Part shown: in pieces, positions 53,978-64,000 of the stretch | Layout: every line of letters starts with the position of its first letter | Position numbering within the stretch: position 1 is the first letter of the stretch | Source of the DNA: Myxococcota bacterium | Lineage (GTDB): Bacteria; Myxococcota_A; UBA9160; PR03 | Assembly (NCBI GenBank): GCA_041611735.1 | Contig: JBFIML010000015.1 | Span: forward strand, 1-64,000 | Length of the DNA: 64,000 nt | Reading direction: 5' to 3' | Position numbers and translations under genes: made by a program | Notes under the pieces: model-generated | Told to the model about the DNA's origin: nothing | What the model saw: the letters and a program-made list of their open reading frames with translations, nothing else | The model's database searches: none

Positions 53978-55524
53978 TGCGGCTCGCCGGACTGCTGGCG
54001 GCGCTGCCGCCCGAGCAGGCGCCGCTGCACGTGGTGAATCCCGACGCAGTGGACCACACGCCGGTCCGCGGCATCGCCATCGACTCGCGGCGCGTGGCGC
54101 CGGGCGACCTGTTCGTGGCCCTGCGCGGCTCGCTCGCCGACGGCCACGACCACCTCGGGCAATCGCTCGAGCTCGGCGCCTCGGCGCTGGTGGTGGAGCA
54201 GCTGCCCCCGGGTCTCGATCTGCACGGCCGCCCGGCGGTGCTGGTGGCGGACTCGCGGCGTGCGCTGGCGCCCCTGGCGGCGCGTTTCTTCGGCGAGCCG
54301 GCCGCAGAGCTCCAGCTGGTGGGCGTAACGGGCACCAACGGCAAGACGAGCACCACGTATCTGATCGAGTCGATCCTCGCAGCGGCAGGACGCCGGGTCG
54401 GCCTGATCGGCACCGTGGAGGTCCGCTTCGGGGAGGAGCGCCAGCGCGCCCTGAACACCACCCCCGAGAGCCTGGAGCTCCAGCGCACCCTGCGCCGCAT
54501 GCGCAACCGGGGTGCCGACAGCGTGGTGATGGAGGTCTCCTCGCACGGCGTGGAGCTCGGCCGCATCGCGGGCTGCCGCTTCGACGTGGCGGCCTTCACC
54601 AACGTGACCCAGGACCACCTGGACTTCCACACCACCATGGAGGCCTACCGGAACGCGAAGCTGCGGCTGTTTCGCGACTATCTGCGTGCGGGCGCGGGCG
54701 CGGTTGTGAACGTGGACGACCCGGCCGCGGAGCTCTTCGGGACCGCGGCCCGCCAGGCGGGCGCCCGCGTGGTGCGGGTCTCGCGCCGCGCGGATGCGGC
54801 GGCCGAGGTGGCAGTGGACGAGGCGCAGGCGAGCCTGGACGGAACGCGGGCTCGGCTGCGGGTTCCCGAGGGCCGGCTGGAGGTCGAGCTGCCCCTGGTG
54901 GGCGACTTCAACCTGGAGAACCTGGTGGTCGCCGTGGCGTCGGCGCTCTGCCTGGGGGTCGGGCACGAGGCCATCGTCCGCGGCGTGGCGGCCTGCCCGC
55001 AGGTGCCCGGGCGCGTCGAGCGCGTCGGAGGGGAGATCCCGGACTCCCCCACCGTGCTCGTGGACTATGCCCACACGCCCGACGCGGTGGAGAAGCTCTT
55101 GCGGGCGGTGCGGCCACTGACCCGGGGTCGGCTCGTCACGGTGTTCGGCTGCGGAGGCGACCGGGACCGGGGCAAGCGGCGTCTCATGGCCGAGGCCGTG
55201 GCGCGCTGGAGCGACCGGGTGATCGCCACCAGCGACAACCCGCGAACGGAGGATCCCCTCGCGATCCTGGCGGACGTGGAGGCGGGGCTTGGCAAGCTGC
55301 GCCGGATGGAGCCTGCGGACCTGGCCGCCACGCCCGGCTCCTATGCGGTCCTGGTCGACCGGCGGCGCGCCATCGCCTGCGCCGTGGCCCTCGCCACCGG
55401 GGAGGACACGGTCGTGATCGCAGGCAAGGGGCACGAGGACTACCAGATCGTGGGACGGGAGCGCCTGCCCTTCGACGACCGCGCCGAGGCCCGGCAGGCG
55501 CTCGCCAGCCGGGCGCGGCCGTGA
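53977..55524 (+). CDS. murE: UDP-MurNAc-tripeptide synthetase (mDAP-type)
   Basis: 'TGTNGKT', 'DHLDFH', 'DYAHTP', 'DNPR', 'GKGHE'. Confidence 0.95.
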   Translation: MRLAGLLAALPPEQAPLHVVNPDAVDHTPVRGIAIDSRRVAPGDLFVALRGSLADGHDHLGQSLELGASALVVEQLPPGLDLHGRPAVLVADSRRALAPLAARFFGEPAAELQLVGVTGTNGKTSTTYLIESILAAAGRRVGLIGTVEVRFGEERQRALNTTPESLELQRTLRRMRNRGADSVVMEVSSHGVELGRIAGCRFDVAAFTNVTQDHLDFHTTMEAYRNAKLRLFRDYLRAGAGAVVNVDDPAAELFGTAARQAGARVVRVSRRADAAAEVAVDEAQASLDGTRARLRVPEGRLEVELPLVGDFNLENLVVAVASALCLGVGHEAIVRGVAACPQVPGRVERVGGEIPDSPTVLVDYAHTPDAVEKLLRAVRPLTRGRLVTVFGCGGDRDRGKRRLMAEAVARWSDRVIATSDNPRTEDPLAILADVEAGLGKLRRMEPADLAATPGSYAVLVDRRRAIACAVALATGEDTVVIAGKGHEDYQIVGRERLPFDDRAEARQALASRARP

Positions 55525-56918
55525 GCGCGCTGTTGCGGCTGGCGGACGTGGTGGCATGGACCGACGGAACGCTGCGGGCGGGCGACCCGCAGACGAAGCT
55601 GGCGGGCGTCTCCATCGACAGCCGAACCCTCCTGCCGGGACAGCTCTTCGTGGCCATCCGGGGCGCGCGGCTGGATGGCCACCGCTATCTGGCCGGGGCG
55701 CGCGAGCGCTCCGCCGCGGCCTTCCTGGTGCAGCGCGGGTGCTGGGAAGGCTTCGCGCCGGGCGCCCTCGGCCTCGTGGAGGTGGCCAACACGACGCGCG
55801 GGCTGGGCGATCTGGCAGCAGGCCATCGAGCGGGCTTCGACGGACCGGTGGTCGCGATCACCGGCAGCAACGGAAAGACCACCACCAAGGAGATGTGCGC
55901 GACGATCCTCGGCCTGCGTGCCCCGTGCCTCAAGAACGAGGGCAACCTGAACAACCAGTGGGGGCTTCCCTTGAGCCTGCTGCGGCGCGAGGACCGCCAC
56001 CGCTCGGTGGTGGTGGAGCTCGGAACCAACCAGCCGGGCGACATCGCCCAGCTCGCCGCCATCGCGCGGCCCGGCGTCGGGGTCTTCCTGAACGTGGGGA
56101 CCGCCCACATGGAGCTGCTCGGGTCCCAGGAGGGGATCGCCCGGGAGAAGGGGGCGCTGCTCGAGGCGCTCGAGCCGGGCGGTGTGGCGGTGCTGAACGC
56201 CGAGGACCCTCGCGTGCTCGGCCAGGCGTCACGGACGCGCGCCCGGGTGGTGACCTTCGGACGCACCCCCGAGGCTCACGTGCGGGCCGAGCGCGTGGCG
56301 CGCGTGGGCGACCGCGGCTTCGCGTTCGAGCTGTGCGCTCCGCAGGGTGGCGTCGCCGTGGAGGTGGGCGGTCTCGGCGAGACGACGGTCGCGAATGCCC
56401 TGGCGGCGGCGGCGGCGGCGCTGGCCGCCGGAACCTCCCTGTCGGACGTGGCCGCGGGCCTGGCCCAGTACCGCCCGGTGGGCGGTCGCATGGAACGGCT
56501 GGCCCTGCCCCGCAACGTGATCCTGATCAACGACACCTACAATGCGAACCCGCAGTCCGTGGCCGTGGCCCTGCGCAGCCTGGTGTCGCTGAAGGGCGCC
56601 AGCCGGGGCGTGGCGGTGCTCGGCGACATGGCGGAGCTCGGCGTGCAGGCCGCCGCCGCCCATCGGGAGACGGGTCGTCTCGCGGCGGAGCTGGGCGTGG
56701 AGCTGCTCTTCGTGCTGGGCGAGCACGCGGGCGAGATTGCCGCCGGAGCGCTCGAAGCCGGCATGGACACCGAGCGCATCCACGTGGGCAAGGACCACAA
56801 GGAGACCGCAGCCCGGGTGCGCGAGGTGCTGCGGGGCAACGACTGGGTGCTGGTGAAGGGATCGCGCGTCATGCGCATGGAGCGCATCGTGCAGGCCCTG
56901 ACGGCGGCGGAGGGGTAG
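55521..56918 (+). CDS. murF: UDP-MurNAc-tripeptide:D-Ala-D-Ala ligase
   Basis: 'TGSNGKTTTKE', 'NDTYNANP', 'GDMAELG', 'KGSR'. Confidence 0.95.
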   Translation: MSALLRLADVVAWTDGTLRAGDPQTKLAGVSIDSRTLLPGQLFVAIRGARLDGHRYLAGARERSAAAFLVQRGCWEGFAPGALGLVEVANTTRGLGDLAAGHRAGFDGPVVAITGSNGKTTTKEMCATILGLRAPCLKNEGNLNNQWGLPLSLLRREDRHRSVVVELGTNQPGDIAQLAAIARPGVGVFLNVGTAHMELLGSQEGIAREKGALLEALEPGGVAVLNAEDPRVLGQASRTRARVVTFGRTPEAHVRAERVARVGDRGFAFELCAPQGGVAVEVGGLGETTVANALAAAAAALAAGTSLSDVAAGLAQYRPVGGRMERLALPRNVILINDTYNANPQSVAVALRSLVSLKGASRGVAVLGDMAELGVQAAAAHRETGRLAAELGVELLFVLGEHAGEIAAGALEAGMDTERIHVGKDHKETAARVREVLRGNDWVLVKGSRVMRMERIVQALTAAEG

Positions 56919-56919
56919 C

Positions 56920-57996
<1,077 letters not shown>

Positions 57997-57997
57997 A

Positions 57998-59338
57998 ATG
58001 GCGGAGTACGACGGCACCCGGGTGCTCGTGCTCGGTCTGGGACGCAGCGGACGCAGCGCCGCAGCCTTCCTGGCCGGACGCGGTGCGCGGGTGGTGGCCG
58101 CCGACGAACGGCCCGCGCAGGCCCTGCAGGACCTCGCCACCCTGGCGGACCGGGTTGCGCTGCGGCTGGGATGCCCGTTCCCGGAACTGGCGGATTTCGA
58201 TCTGGTGGTGCCGAGCCCGGGCGTGCCGCGCGACCGCTGGGCGCAGGCCGCCGACCGGGCGCTCGGCGACGTGGAGCTGGCCTGGCGGGAGCTGGCGGTG
58301 CCGGTGGCCGCCGTGACGGGGACCAACGGCAAGAGCACCGCCACCCAGCTGCTGGCCGAGATGCTGCGGGCGGCGGGGCTGCGCGCCGAGGCCGCTGGCA
58401 ACATCGGGCGCCCCGCCCTCGAGCTCGTGGGGCGTCCCCTCGACGTGGCCGTGCTCGAGGTGTCCTCGTTCCAGCTGGAGGCCACCCGGGCGTTCCGGCC
58501 CCGGGTCGCGGTCGTGCTCAACGTGACCCCCGATCACCTGGACCGGCACCAGAGCTTCGCGGCCTACGTGGACGCCAAGGCGCGACTGCTGGCACCCCTC
58601 GAGCCCGCGGACACCGCGGTCCTGAACGCCGAGGATCCGGTGGTGCGCGGCCTCGCCGAACGCACCCGGGCCCGGTGCTGGTGGTTCCGGGCGGGCGGCC
58701 CCGTGGAGCGGGGTGCCGGCTGGGACTGCGGGGTCGCGTTGCTGCGGGACGAGCGGGAGTCTTCGCGCCTGCGCCTGGACGGCTTCGACCCGGACGCCGG
58801 TGTCCCGCTGGAGAGCGTGCTGGCGGGGCTCGCCGCCTGCCAGGCGCTCGGGGCGGATGCCGCCAAGGCCGCACAGGCGCTGCTCGGCTTCCGCGCCCTG
58901 CCCCACCGGCGCGAGCCGGTGGCAGAGCAGCGCGGGGTGCTGTGGGTCAACGACTCGAAGGCCACCAATCCGGCGGCGGCCCGGCACGCCCTGCAAGCCG
59001 CCCGCCGGCCGGTGGTGTGGCTCGCGGGAGGGCGGGACAAGGGCCTCGACTTCGGGCCCCTGGGCGAGGCGGCCGCCGGCCGGGTGCGCGCGGCGCTGGT
59101 GTTCGGAGAAGCGGCGGAGCGGATCGCGACGGTCCTGGCCGGACGCGTCGAGACCCACCGCGTGCCGGACCTGGCCAGCGCCGTGACCCGGGCGGACGCG
59201 CTGGCGCGCCCCGGCGACGTGGTGCTCCTGTCGCCCGCCTGCGCGAGCTTCGACCAGTTCCGCGACTTCGAACACCGCGGCGAGACGTTTCGCGCCGCCG
59301 TGCTGGCGCTTGCGCCGGCCGGGGAGCGGCTTCGGTGA
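57998..59338 (+). CDS. murD: UDP-MurNAc-L-Ala:D-Glu ligase
   Basis: 'GLGRSG', 'TGTNGKST', 'EVSSFQL', 'NDSKATN', 'SPACASFD'. Confidence 0.95.
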   Translation: MAEYDGTRVLVLGLGRSGRSAAAFLAGRGARVVAADERPAQALQDLATLADRVALRLGCPFPELADFDLVVPSPGVPRDRWAQAADRALGDVELAWRELAVPVAAVTGTNGKSTATQLLAEMLRAAGLRAEAAGNIGRPALELVGRPLDVAVLEVSSFQLEATRAFRPRVAVVLNVTPDHLDRHQSFAAYVDAKARLLAPLEPADTAVLNAEDPVVRGLAERTRARCWWFRAGGPVERGAGWDCGVALLRDERESSRLRLDGFDPDAGVPLESVLAGLAACQALGADAAKAAQALLGFRALPHRREPVAEQRGVLWVNDSKATNPAAARHALQAARRPVVWLAGGRDKGLDFGPLGEAAAGRVRAALVFGEAAERIATVLAGRVETHRVPDLASAVTRADALARPGDVVLLSPACASFDQFRDFEHRGETFRAAVLALAPAGERLR

Positions 59339-60474
59339 AGGCCCAGCCCCTGGCCAACTCCGCTCCCGACGGAGGGCTGCTCCTGGCGGCGTCGGTGCTG
59401 GCGGCGGTCGGCCTGGTGATGGTGTACAGCGCCACCGCTCCGCTCCACCTGGGTCGCGTGCTGCCCCCCCACTTCCTGCGGCACCTGGGCGCCACGGGTC
59501 TCGGCATCGCGGTGGCTACCCTGGCCCTGCGCGTCCCGCTCCCGGTCTGGCGCCGCGCCGCCCTGCCCCTGTGGGTGACCGCGGTCGCCCTGCTCGCCGC
59601 CACCCTGGTGGTCGGCGTGCGCGTGAACAACGCCCGTCGCTGGTTCGATCTGGGCGGCTTCGTCTTCCAGCCGGGCGAGCTGGCCAAGCTCGCCACGCTG
59701 GTGGCCATGGCGGCGCTCCTGGCCCAGGCCCCGCGCCGCTCGCCGCGGGCACTGGCGCCCGTGCTCGGGCTGGCGGTGCTTCCGGCGGGGCTGCTGGTGC
59801 TCCAGCCGGACACGGGCAACGCGGTGCTGCTGCTGGTGCTGGCGGCCGCGCTGCTGTTCGTGGCGGGGACGCCTCTCCGGGTGCTGGTGGCGCCGGGAGC
59901 CATCGCCGCGGCGGTCCTGATGGCCGCCGTGGCCCTGCGTCCCTACGCCCTGGCGCGAGTGCGCGCCTTCCTGGATCCCTGGGGCACGTCCCAGGCCGAG
60001 GGCTTCCAGATCGTCCAGTCCTTCGTGGCCTTCGGACGCGGCGGCGCGCTGGGCGTCGGACTCGGCGATGGACGCCAGAAGCTCCACTACCTGCCCGAGG
60101 CCCACACGGACTTCGTCCTCTCGGTGGTGGCGGAGGAGCTGGGCCTGGTGGGGGTCGCCCTGGTACTGGGGGCCTTCGCCGCCCTGTGGCTGGCGGGCTG
60201 CCGCATCGCGGGCCGGGCGCGCGACCGCTTCGCCCTGCTGGCGGTGTTCGGCATGACGAGCCTGCTGGTGGTTCCCGCGGCCTTGAACGCCGCCGTGGTG
60301 ATGGGTCTCGTGCCGCCCAAGGGCTTGACGCTGCCGTTCCTCTCCTACGGCCGCAGCTCGCTGCTGGTCTGCTTCCTGGCCCTGGGGCTGCTGCTGCGCG
60401 CCGGACGCCGGGAGGCGGCTCCCACTCCCCGGGCGGTGGCCAGCGCGAAGCGGCGCCGGAGCTGGCGCCGGTGA
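59335..60474 (+). CDS. ftsW: SEDS glycosyltransferase FtsW
   Basis: 'FQPGELAK', 'QPD', 'LPEAHTDF', 'LPFLSYG'. Confidence 0.93.
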   Translation: MKAQPLANSAPDGGLLLAASVLAAVGLVMVYSATAPLHLGRVLPPHFLRHLGATGLGIAVATLALRVPLPVWRRAALPLWVTAVALLAATLVVGVRVNNARRWFDLGGFVFQPGELAKLATLVAMAALLAQAPRRSPRALAPVLGLAVLPAGLLVLQPDTGNAVLLLVLAAALLFVAGTPLRVLVAPGAIAAAVLMAAVALRPYALARVRAFLDPWGTSQAEGFQIVQSFVAFGRGGALGVGLGDGRQKLHYLPEAHTDFVLSVVAEELGLVGVALVLGAFAALWLAGCRIAGRARDRFALLAVFGMTSLLVVPAALNAAVVMGLVPPKGLTLPFLSYGRSSLLVCFLALGLLLRAGRREAAPTPRAVASAKRRRSWRR

Positions 60475-61568
60475 GCGGGCACCGTTGGGCGATCGCCGGC
60501 GGCGGCACGGGCGGCCACGTGACGCCCGCCCTGGCCCTGGGCGAAACCTTCGCGCGCAGCGGCGACGCAGTGCTGTTCCTGGGCGGGGAACGCGGGCTCG
60601 AGAAGAAGCTGGTGCCCGCCGCCGGCTTCGAGCTGGTGACGCTTCCCGCCCGGCCGCTGGCCGGGCGCCCACGGCTGGCCGCCGCACTCGCGCTCCCGGC
60701 CCTCGCCTGGGCGACCTTCGGCGCCTGGCGCGCCCTGCGCCGCTTCCGGGCCGATCTGGTGCTCTCCGTAGGCGGCTATGCGGGTGTCCCGGCCGCCGTG
60801 GCCGCGGTGCTGCGCCGCACGCCCCTCGTCCTGGTGGAGCCGAACGCGGTGCCGGGCCGGGCCAACCGGGCGCTGGGCCGCTTCGCCCGGCGCGTCTTCG
60901 TCGGCTTCGACGCGGCAGCCGAGCACTTCGTGCGCCGGATCGGGCCGGAGCGGGTGCGCGGGTTCGGGGTTCCCCTGCGCCGCGCGCTGCTGGAGAGCGT
61001 GGCCGCGGCGCCCGAGCGCCGCGATCCCGCCCCGCCCTTCCGGCTGCTGGTGTTCGGCGGCAGCCAGGGGGCGCACCAGCTGAACGAGGCCATGCTGGAC
61101 GCGCTGCCCCGACTCGATGCCAGCCGCTTCGCCGTCTTCCACCAGACCGGCCCCGCCGATCGCGAGCGGGTCGCGGCCGCCTACGCCCGGGCCGGCTTCG
61201 AGGCCCGCGTGGTGGACTTCGAGCCCGACCTCCCGGCCCGCTACCGCTGGGCCGACCTCGCCCTGTGCCGAGCCGGCGCCATGACCGTGGCCGAGATCAC
61301 GGCGGCCGGGCTGCCGGCCTTGTTGGTTCCCTATCCGTGGGCGGCGGACCGCCATCAGCACGCCAACGCGGCCGAGCTCGAGCGGGCCGGGGCGGCTCGC
61401 GTGCTGGACCCGGACGGGCTGCACGGCGCAAGCCTGGCAGCCGCCCTGGAGGAGCTCACGCGCGAGCCGGGGCGGCTGCACGCCATGGGCAGCGCGGCCG
61501 CCAAGCGCGGCCGGCGTGACGCCGCGGAGCAGATCGTGGAGGAGTGCCGCCGCCTGGTGGACGGCTAG
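60471..61568 (+). CDS. murG: Lipid II GlcNAc transferase
   Basis: 'GGGTGGH', 'GGSQGA', 'RAGA.TVAE', 'HQHANA'. Confidence 0.95.
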   Translation: MSGHRWAIAGGGTGGHVTPALALGETFARSGDAVLFLGGERGLEKKLVPAAGFELVTLPARPLAGRPRLAAALALPALAWATFGAWRALRRFRADLVLSVGGYAGVPAAVAAVLRRTPLVLVEPNAVPGRANRALGRFARRVFVGFDAAAEHFVRRIGPERVRGFGVPLRRALLESVAAAPERRDPAPPFRLLVFGGSQGAHQLNEAMLDALPRLDASRFAVFHQTGPADRERVAAAYARAGFEARVVDFEPDLPARYRWADLALCRAGAMTVAEITAAGLPALLVPYPWAADRHQHANAAELERAGAARVLDPDGLHGASLAAALEELTREPGRLHAMGSAAAKRGRRDAAEQIVEECRRLVDG

Positions 61569-61579
61569 CGGGGAGTCGA

Positions 61580-62968
61580 GTGCGTCGCAGGATCCAGCGC
61601 ATCCACTTCGTGGGCATCGGCGGCATCGGGATGTCGGGTCTCGCCGAGCTGCTGCACAACCAGGGCTACCGGGTGACCGGCTCGGACCTGCGCGAGGGAC
61701 CGAGCGTGGCGCGCCTGCGCGGTCTGGGCGTGGCGGTGGCCATCGGGCACGACGCCGCCCACGTGGGCGGAGCGGACGTGGTGGTCTACTCCTCCGCCGT
61801 CTCCGCCCGCAACCCCGAGCTGCTGGAGGCCGAGCAGGGCAAGATCCCGGTCATCCCGCGCGCCGAGATGCTGGCGGAGGTGATGCGCCTGAAGGACGGC
61901 ATCGCCGTGGCCGGCAGCCACGGCAAGACCACCACCACCTCCATGATCGCCCACGTGCTCGACGCGGCGGGCCTGGACCCCACCGCGGTGATCGGCGGAC
62001 GCGTGCTGGCCGCCGAGAGCGACCGCACCGGAGCGCGCCTCGGGCGCGGAGAGCTGCTGGTGGCGGAGGCGGACGAGAGCGACGGGTCCTTCCTGCGCCT
62101 CGCGCCGGTGATCGCGGTGGTCACCAACGTGGACCCGGAGCACCTGAACCACTACGGATCGGTGGAGCGGCTCGAGGAGGCGTTCGTCTCCTTCGCCAAC
62201 CGCGTACCGTTCTGGGGCCTCTCGGTGTTGTGCCTGGACCATCCGCGCGTCCAGGCCCTGCTACCCCGCATGACCCGCCGCACCACCACCTACGGCCTCT
62301 CGCCCCAGGCGGACCTGGCGGCCAGCGAGGTGGTGCCGGACGCCTGGGGCATGCGCTTCGAGGTGCGTCGTCGGGGGGAGTCCCTGGGAGGGCTCCGGCT
62401 GCCGGTGCCCGGACGGCACAACGTGCAGAACGCCCTGGCCACCCTGGCGGTGGCCCTCGAGCTCGAAGTGCCCTTTGCGGTGGCGGGGCCGGCGCTGGCC
62501 GGCTTCCCGGGTCTCGAGCGCCGCTTCGAGACCCGGGGCGAGAGCCGCGGCGTGCGCGTGGTGGACGACTACGGCCATCACCCGGCGGAGATCCGCGCGA
62601 CCCTGGCCGCGGCACGCCAGAACCATGCGGGCCGGCTGGTGGTCGTCTTCCAGCCCCACCGCTACACGCGCACCCGGGACCTGTTCGAGGACTTCGCCAC
62701 CGCCTTCCACGAGGCGGACCGGCTCGTCGTCACCGAGATCTACGCCGCCGGCGAGGCGAAGATCCCGGGCTGCGAGGGCGAGGCCCTGGCCGAGGCGATC
62801 CGGGCCCGGGGTCACCGCAACGTGAGCTTCCTGCCCGATCTCGAAGAGATCCCGGAGCGCCTGGCTCCCGACCTCGCCCCCGGCGATCTGGTGCTCACGC
62901 TCGGCGCCGGCAGCATCTCGATCCTCGGTGCGCGCCTGCTGGCGCAGCTCGCCCGGGAGGAGCCGTGA
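61580..62968 (+). CDS. murC: UDP-MurNAc:L-Ala ligase
   Basis: 'GIGGIGMSG', 'GSHGKTTT', 'EADESD', 'DDYGHHP', 'FQPHRY'. Confidence 0.96.
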   Translation: MRRRIQRIHFVGIGGIGMSGLAELLHNQGYRVTGSDLREGPSVARLRGLGVAVAIGHDAAHVGGADVVVYSSAVSARNPELLEAEQGKIPVIPRAEMLAEVMRLKDGIAVAGSHGKTTTTSMIAHVLDAAGLDPTAVIGGRVLAAESDRTGARLGRGELLVAEADESDGSFLRLAPVIAVVTNVDPEHLNHYGSVERLEEAFVSFANRVPFWGLSVLCLDHPRVQALLPRMTRRTTTYGLSPQADLAASEVVPDAWGMRFEVRRRGESLGGLRLPVPGRHNVQNALATLAVALELEVPFAVAGPALAGFPGLERRFETRGESRGVRVVDDYGHHPAEIRATLAAARQNHAGRLVVVFQPHRYTRTRDLFEDFATAFHEADRLVVTEIYAAGEAKIPGCEGEALAEAIRARGHRNVSFLPDLEEIPERLAPDLAPGDLVLTLGAGSISILGARLLAQLAREEP

Positions 62969-63879
62969 TCCCGCCGCTTGCGCAGCGCCGGCTCGAGGAG
63001 GCTCTCGGCGACGACGTCCGCTTCGGCGTCCCCCTGCGGCGCTACACCTCGCTGCGGGTGGGTGGCCCGGCGGACGCCCTGGCGACGCCGGCCAGCCGCG
63101 AGGCGCTGCTGCGGCTGCTGGCCGTGTGCGCCGCCACGCGCCTGCCGGTGCGCGTGCTGGGCGCAGGCTTCAACACCCTGGTGCTGGACGAGGGCGTGGA
63201 GGGCGTGGTGATCCGCCTGGCTCGCCTGCGCCGGCTCGAGGAGCGGCCGGCAGCGGTGCGCGCCGAGGCCGGGGTGTCCCACGCGCAGATCGTGCGCTTC
63301 TGCCTGGAGCGGGGCCTGGGCGGGCTCGAGTTCGGAGCCGGCATCCCGGGTACGGTGGGCGGCTGGGTCGCCATGAACGCGGGGGTCCCGGAGCGCGACA
63401 CCCAGGCCGCTCTGCTCGAGGTGGAGGTGGCGACCCCGACCGGCGCCCGGCGCCGGCACTTCCGGCGCTCCGAGCTGGCCTTCCGCTACCGGGCCCTGCG
63501 CGGGCTCGCGCCCGGCTCGGTGATCCTCTCGGCGCTGTTCGCCGTGCATCCGGCGGCCCGGGAGCAGATCCAGGCGCAGATCGACCGCACGCTGGCGCGC
63601 CGGCGCGACACCCAGCCCTTGGACGTGCCGTCCTGCGGCTCCGTCTTCAAGAATCCCCGGGGCGACCACGCCGGCCGGCTCATCGAGCTGGCAGGCCTGA
63701 AGGGCGAGCGCGAGGGCGGCGCCCAGATCTCCTGCGTGCACGCGAACTTCATCGTGAACCGGGGCGGAGCCACGGCCCGGGATGTCCTCACCCTGATCCG
63801 GCGAGCCCGACGCGCCGTGCTCCAGCGCACCGCCATCCGGCTCGAGACGGAGGTGCGGGTGATGGGGCGCAGGCGATGA
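62965..63879 (+). CDS. murB: UDP-N-acetylenolpyruvoylglucosamine reductase
   Basis: 'GGPAD', 'GIPGTVGG..AMNAG', 'GSVFKNP', 'HANF'. Confidence 0.95.
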   Translation: MIPPLAQRRLEEALGDDVRFGVPLRRYTSLRVGGPADALATPASREALLRLLAVCAATRLPVRVLGAGFNTLVLDEGVEGVVIRLARLRRLEERPAAVRAEAGVSHAQIVRFCLERGLGGLEFGAGIPGTVGGWVAMNAGVPERDTQAALLEVEVATPTGARRRHFRRSELAFRYRALRGLAPGSVILSALFAVHPAAREQIQAQIDRTLARRRDTQPLDVPSCGSVFKNPRGDHAGRLIELAGLKGEREGGAQISCVHANFIVNRGGATARDVLTLIRRARRAVLQRTAIRLETEVRVMGRRR

Positions 63880-64000
63880 GCTTCGTGCCGGCGAGCCGCG
63901 GGCGAGGCACGCCGGAGGCGCGGGGCCGCGACTCCCTGCCCGCCTCGCACCCCTGGCTGGCCCGGCGATCCCGGCGCCGCCGGGGAACGCGGGCGCCGCG
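63876..64000 (+). CDS. Partial CDS, probably FtsQ N-terminus
   Basis: ATGA overlap with murB; Arg-rich disordered start; truncated by window end. Confidence 0.4.
   Translation, partial: MSFVPASRGRGTPEARGRDSLPASHPWLARRSRRRRGTRAP

Overview
Very GC-rich (roughly 70-75% by eye) diderm bacterial chromosome segment. The PEP-CTERM protein, DUF4124, the Ffh type and the Cys-type CcmE suggest Myxococcota or a related Deltaproteobacteria-like lineage (inference only). It is mostly core genome, with no mobile element, CRISPR array, rRNA or tRNA visible. In order it carries: a PEP-CTERM/lamin-tail gene pair; F420 genes cofD-cofC-cofE; engB and an aminotransferase; a variant ccm cluster (ccmE-ccmF-large unknown-ccmABCD); a strong promoter followed by a ~300-nt hairpin-dense leader and an orphan Cys4 protein; an ECF sigma; biotin carrier-GNAT-SDR-plsB-hisI-hisG-NUDIX; ffh; a LysM lytic transglycosylase; a phosphatase; rlmN, trmB, sppA and an M48 peptidase; an archaeal-type 2-phosphoglycerate kinase; a MerR-ParA-pseudo-MinD-pseudo-nuclease-ECF module; DsbA, PMM and tatA; an ArsA/Get3 pair with PhaR and lipid genes; an HDAC; and the dcw cluster from mraZ to murB. 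Best candidates for undescribed biology: the structured RNA plus Zn-finger protein at 13.7-14.7 kb, the MerR/ParA/pseudo-ATPase module, the ArsA-pair/PhaR lipid-inclusion module, a NUDIX possibly replacing HisE, and a long hairpin between mraZ and rsmH. All family calls come from motif recognition without database searches. Start codons were refined by eye.
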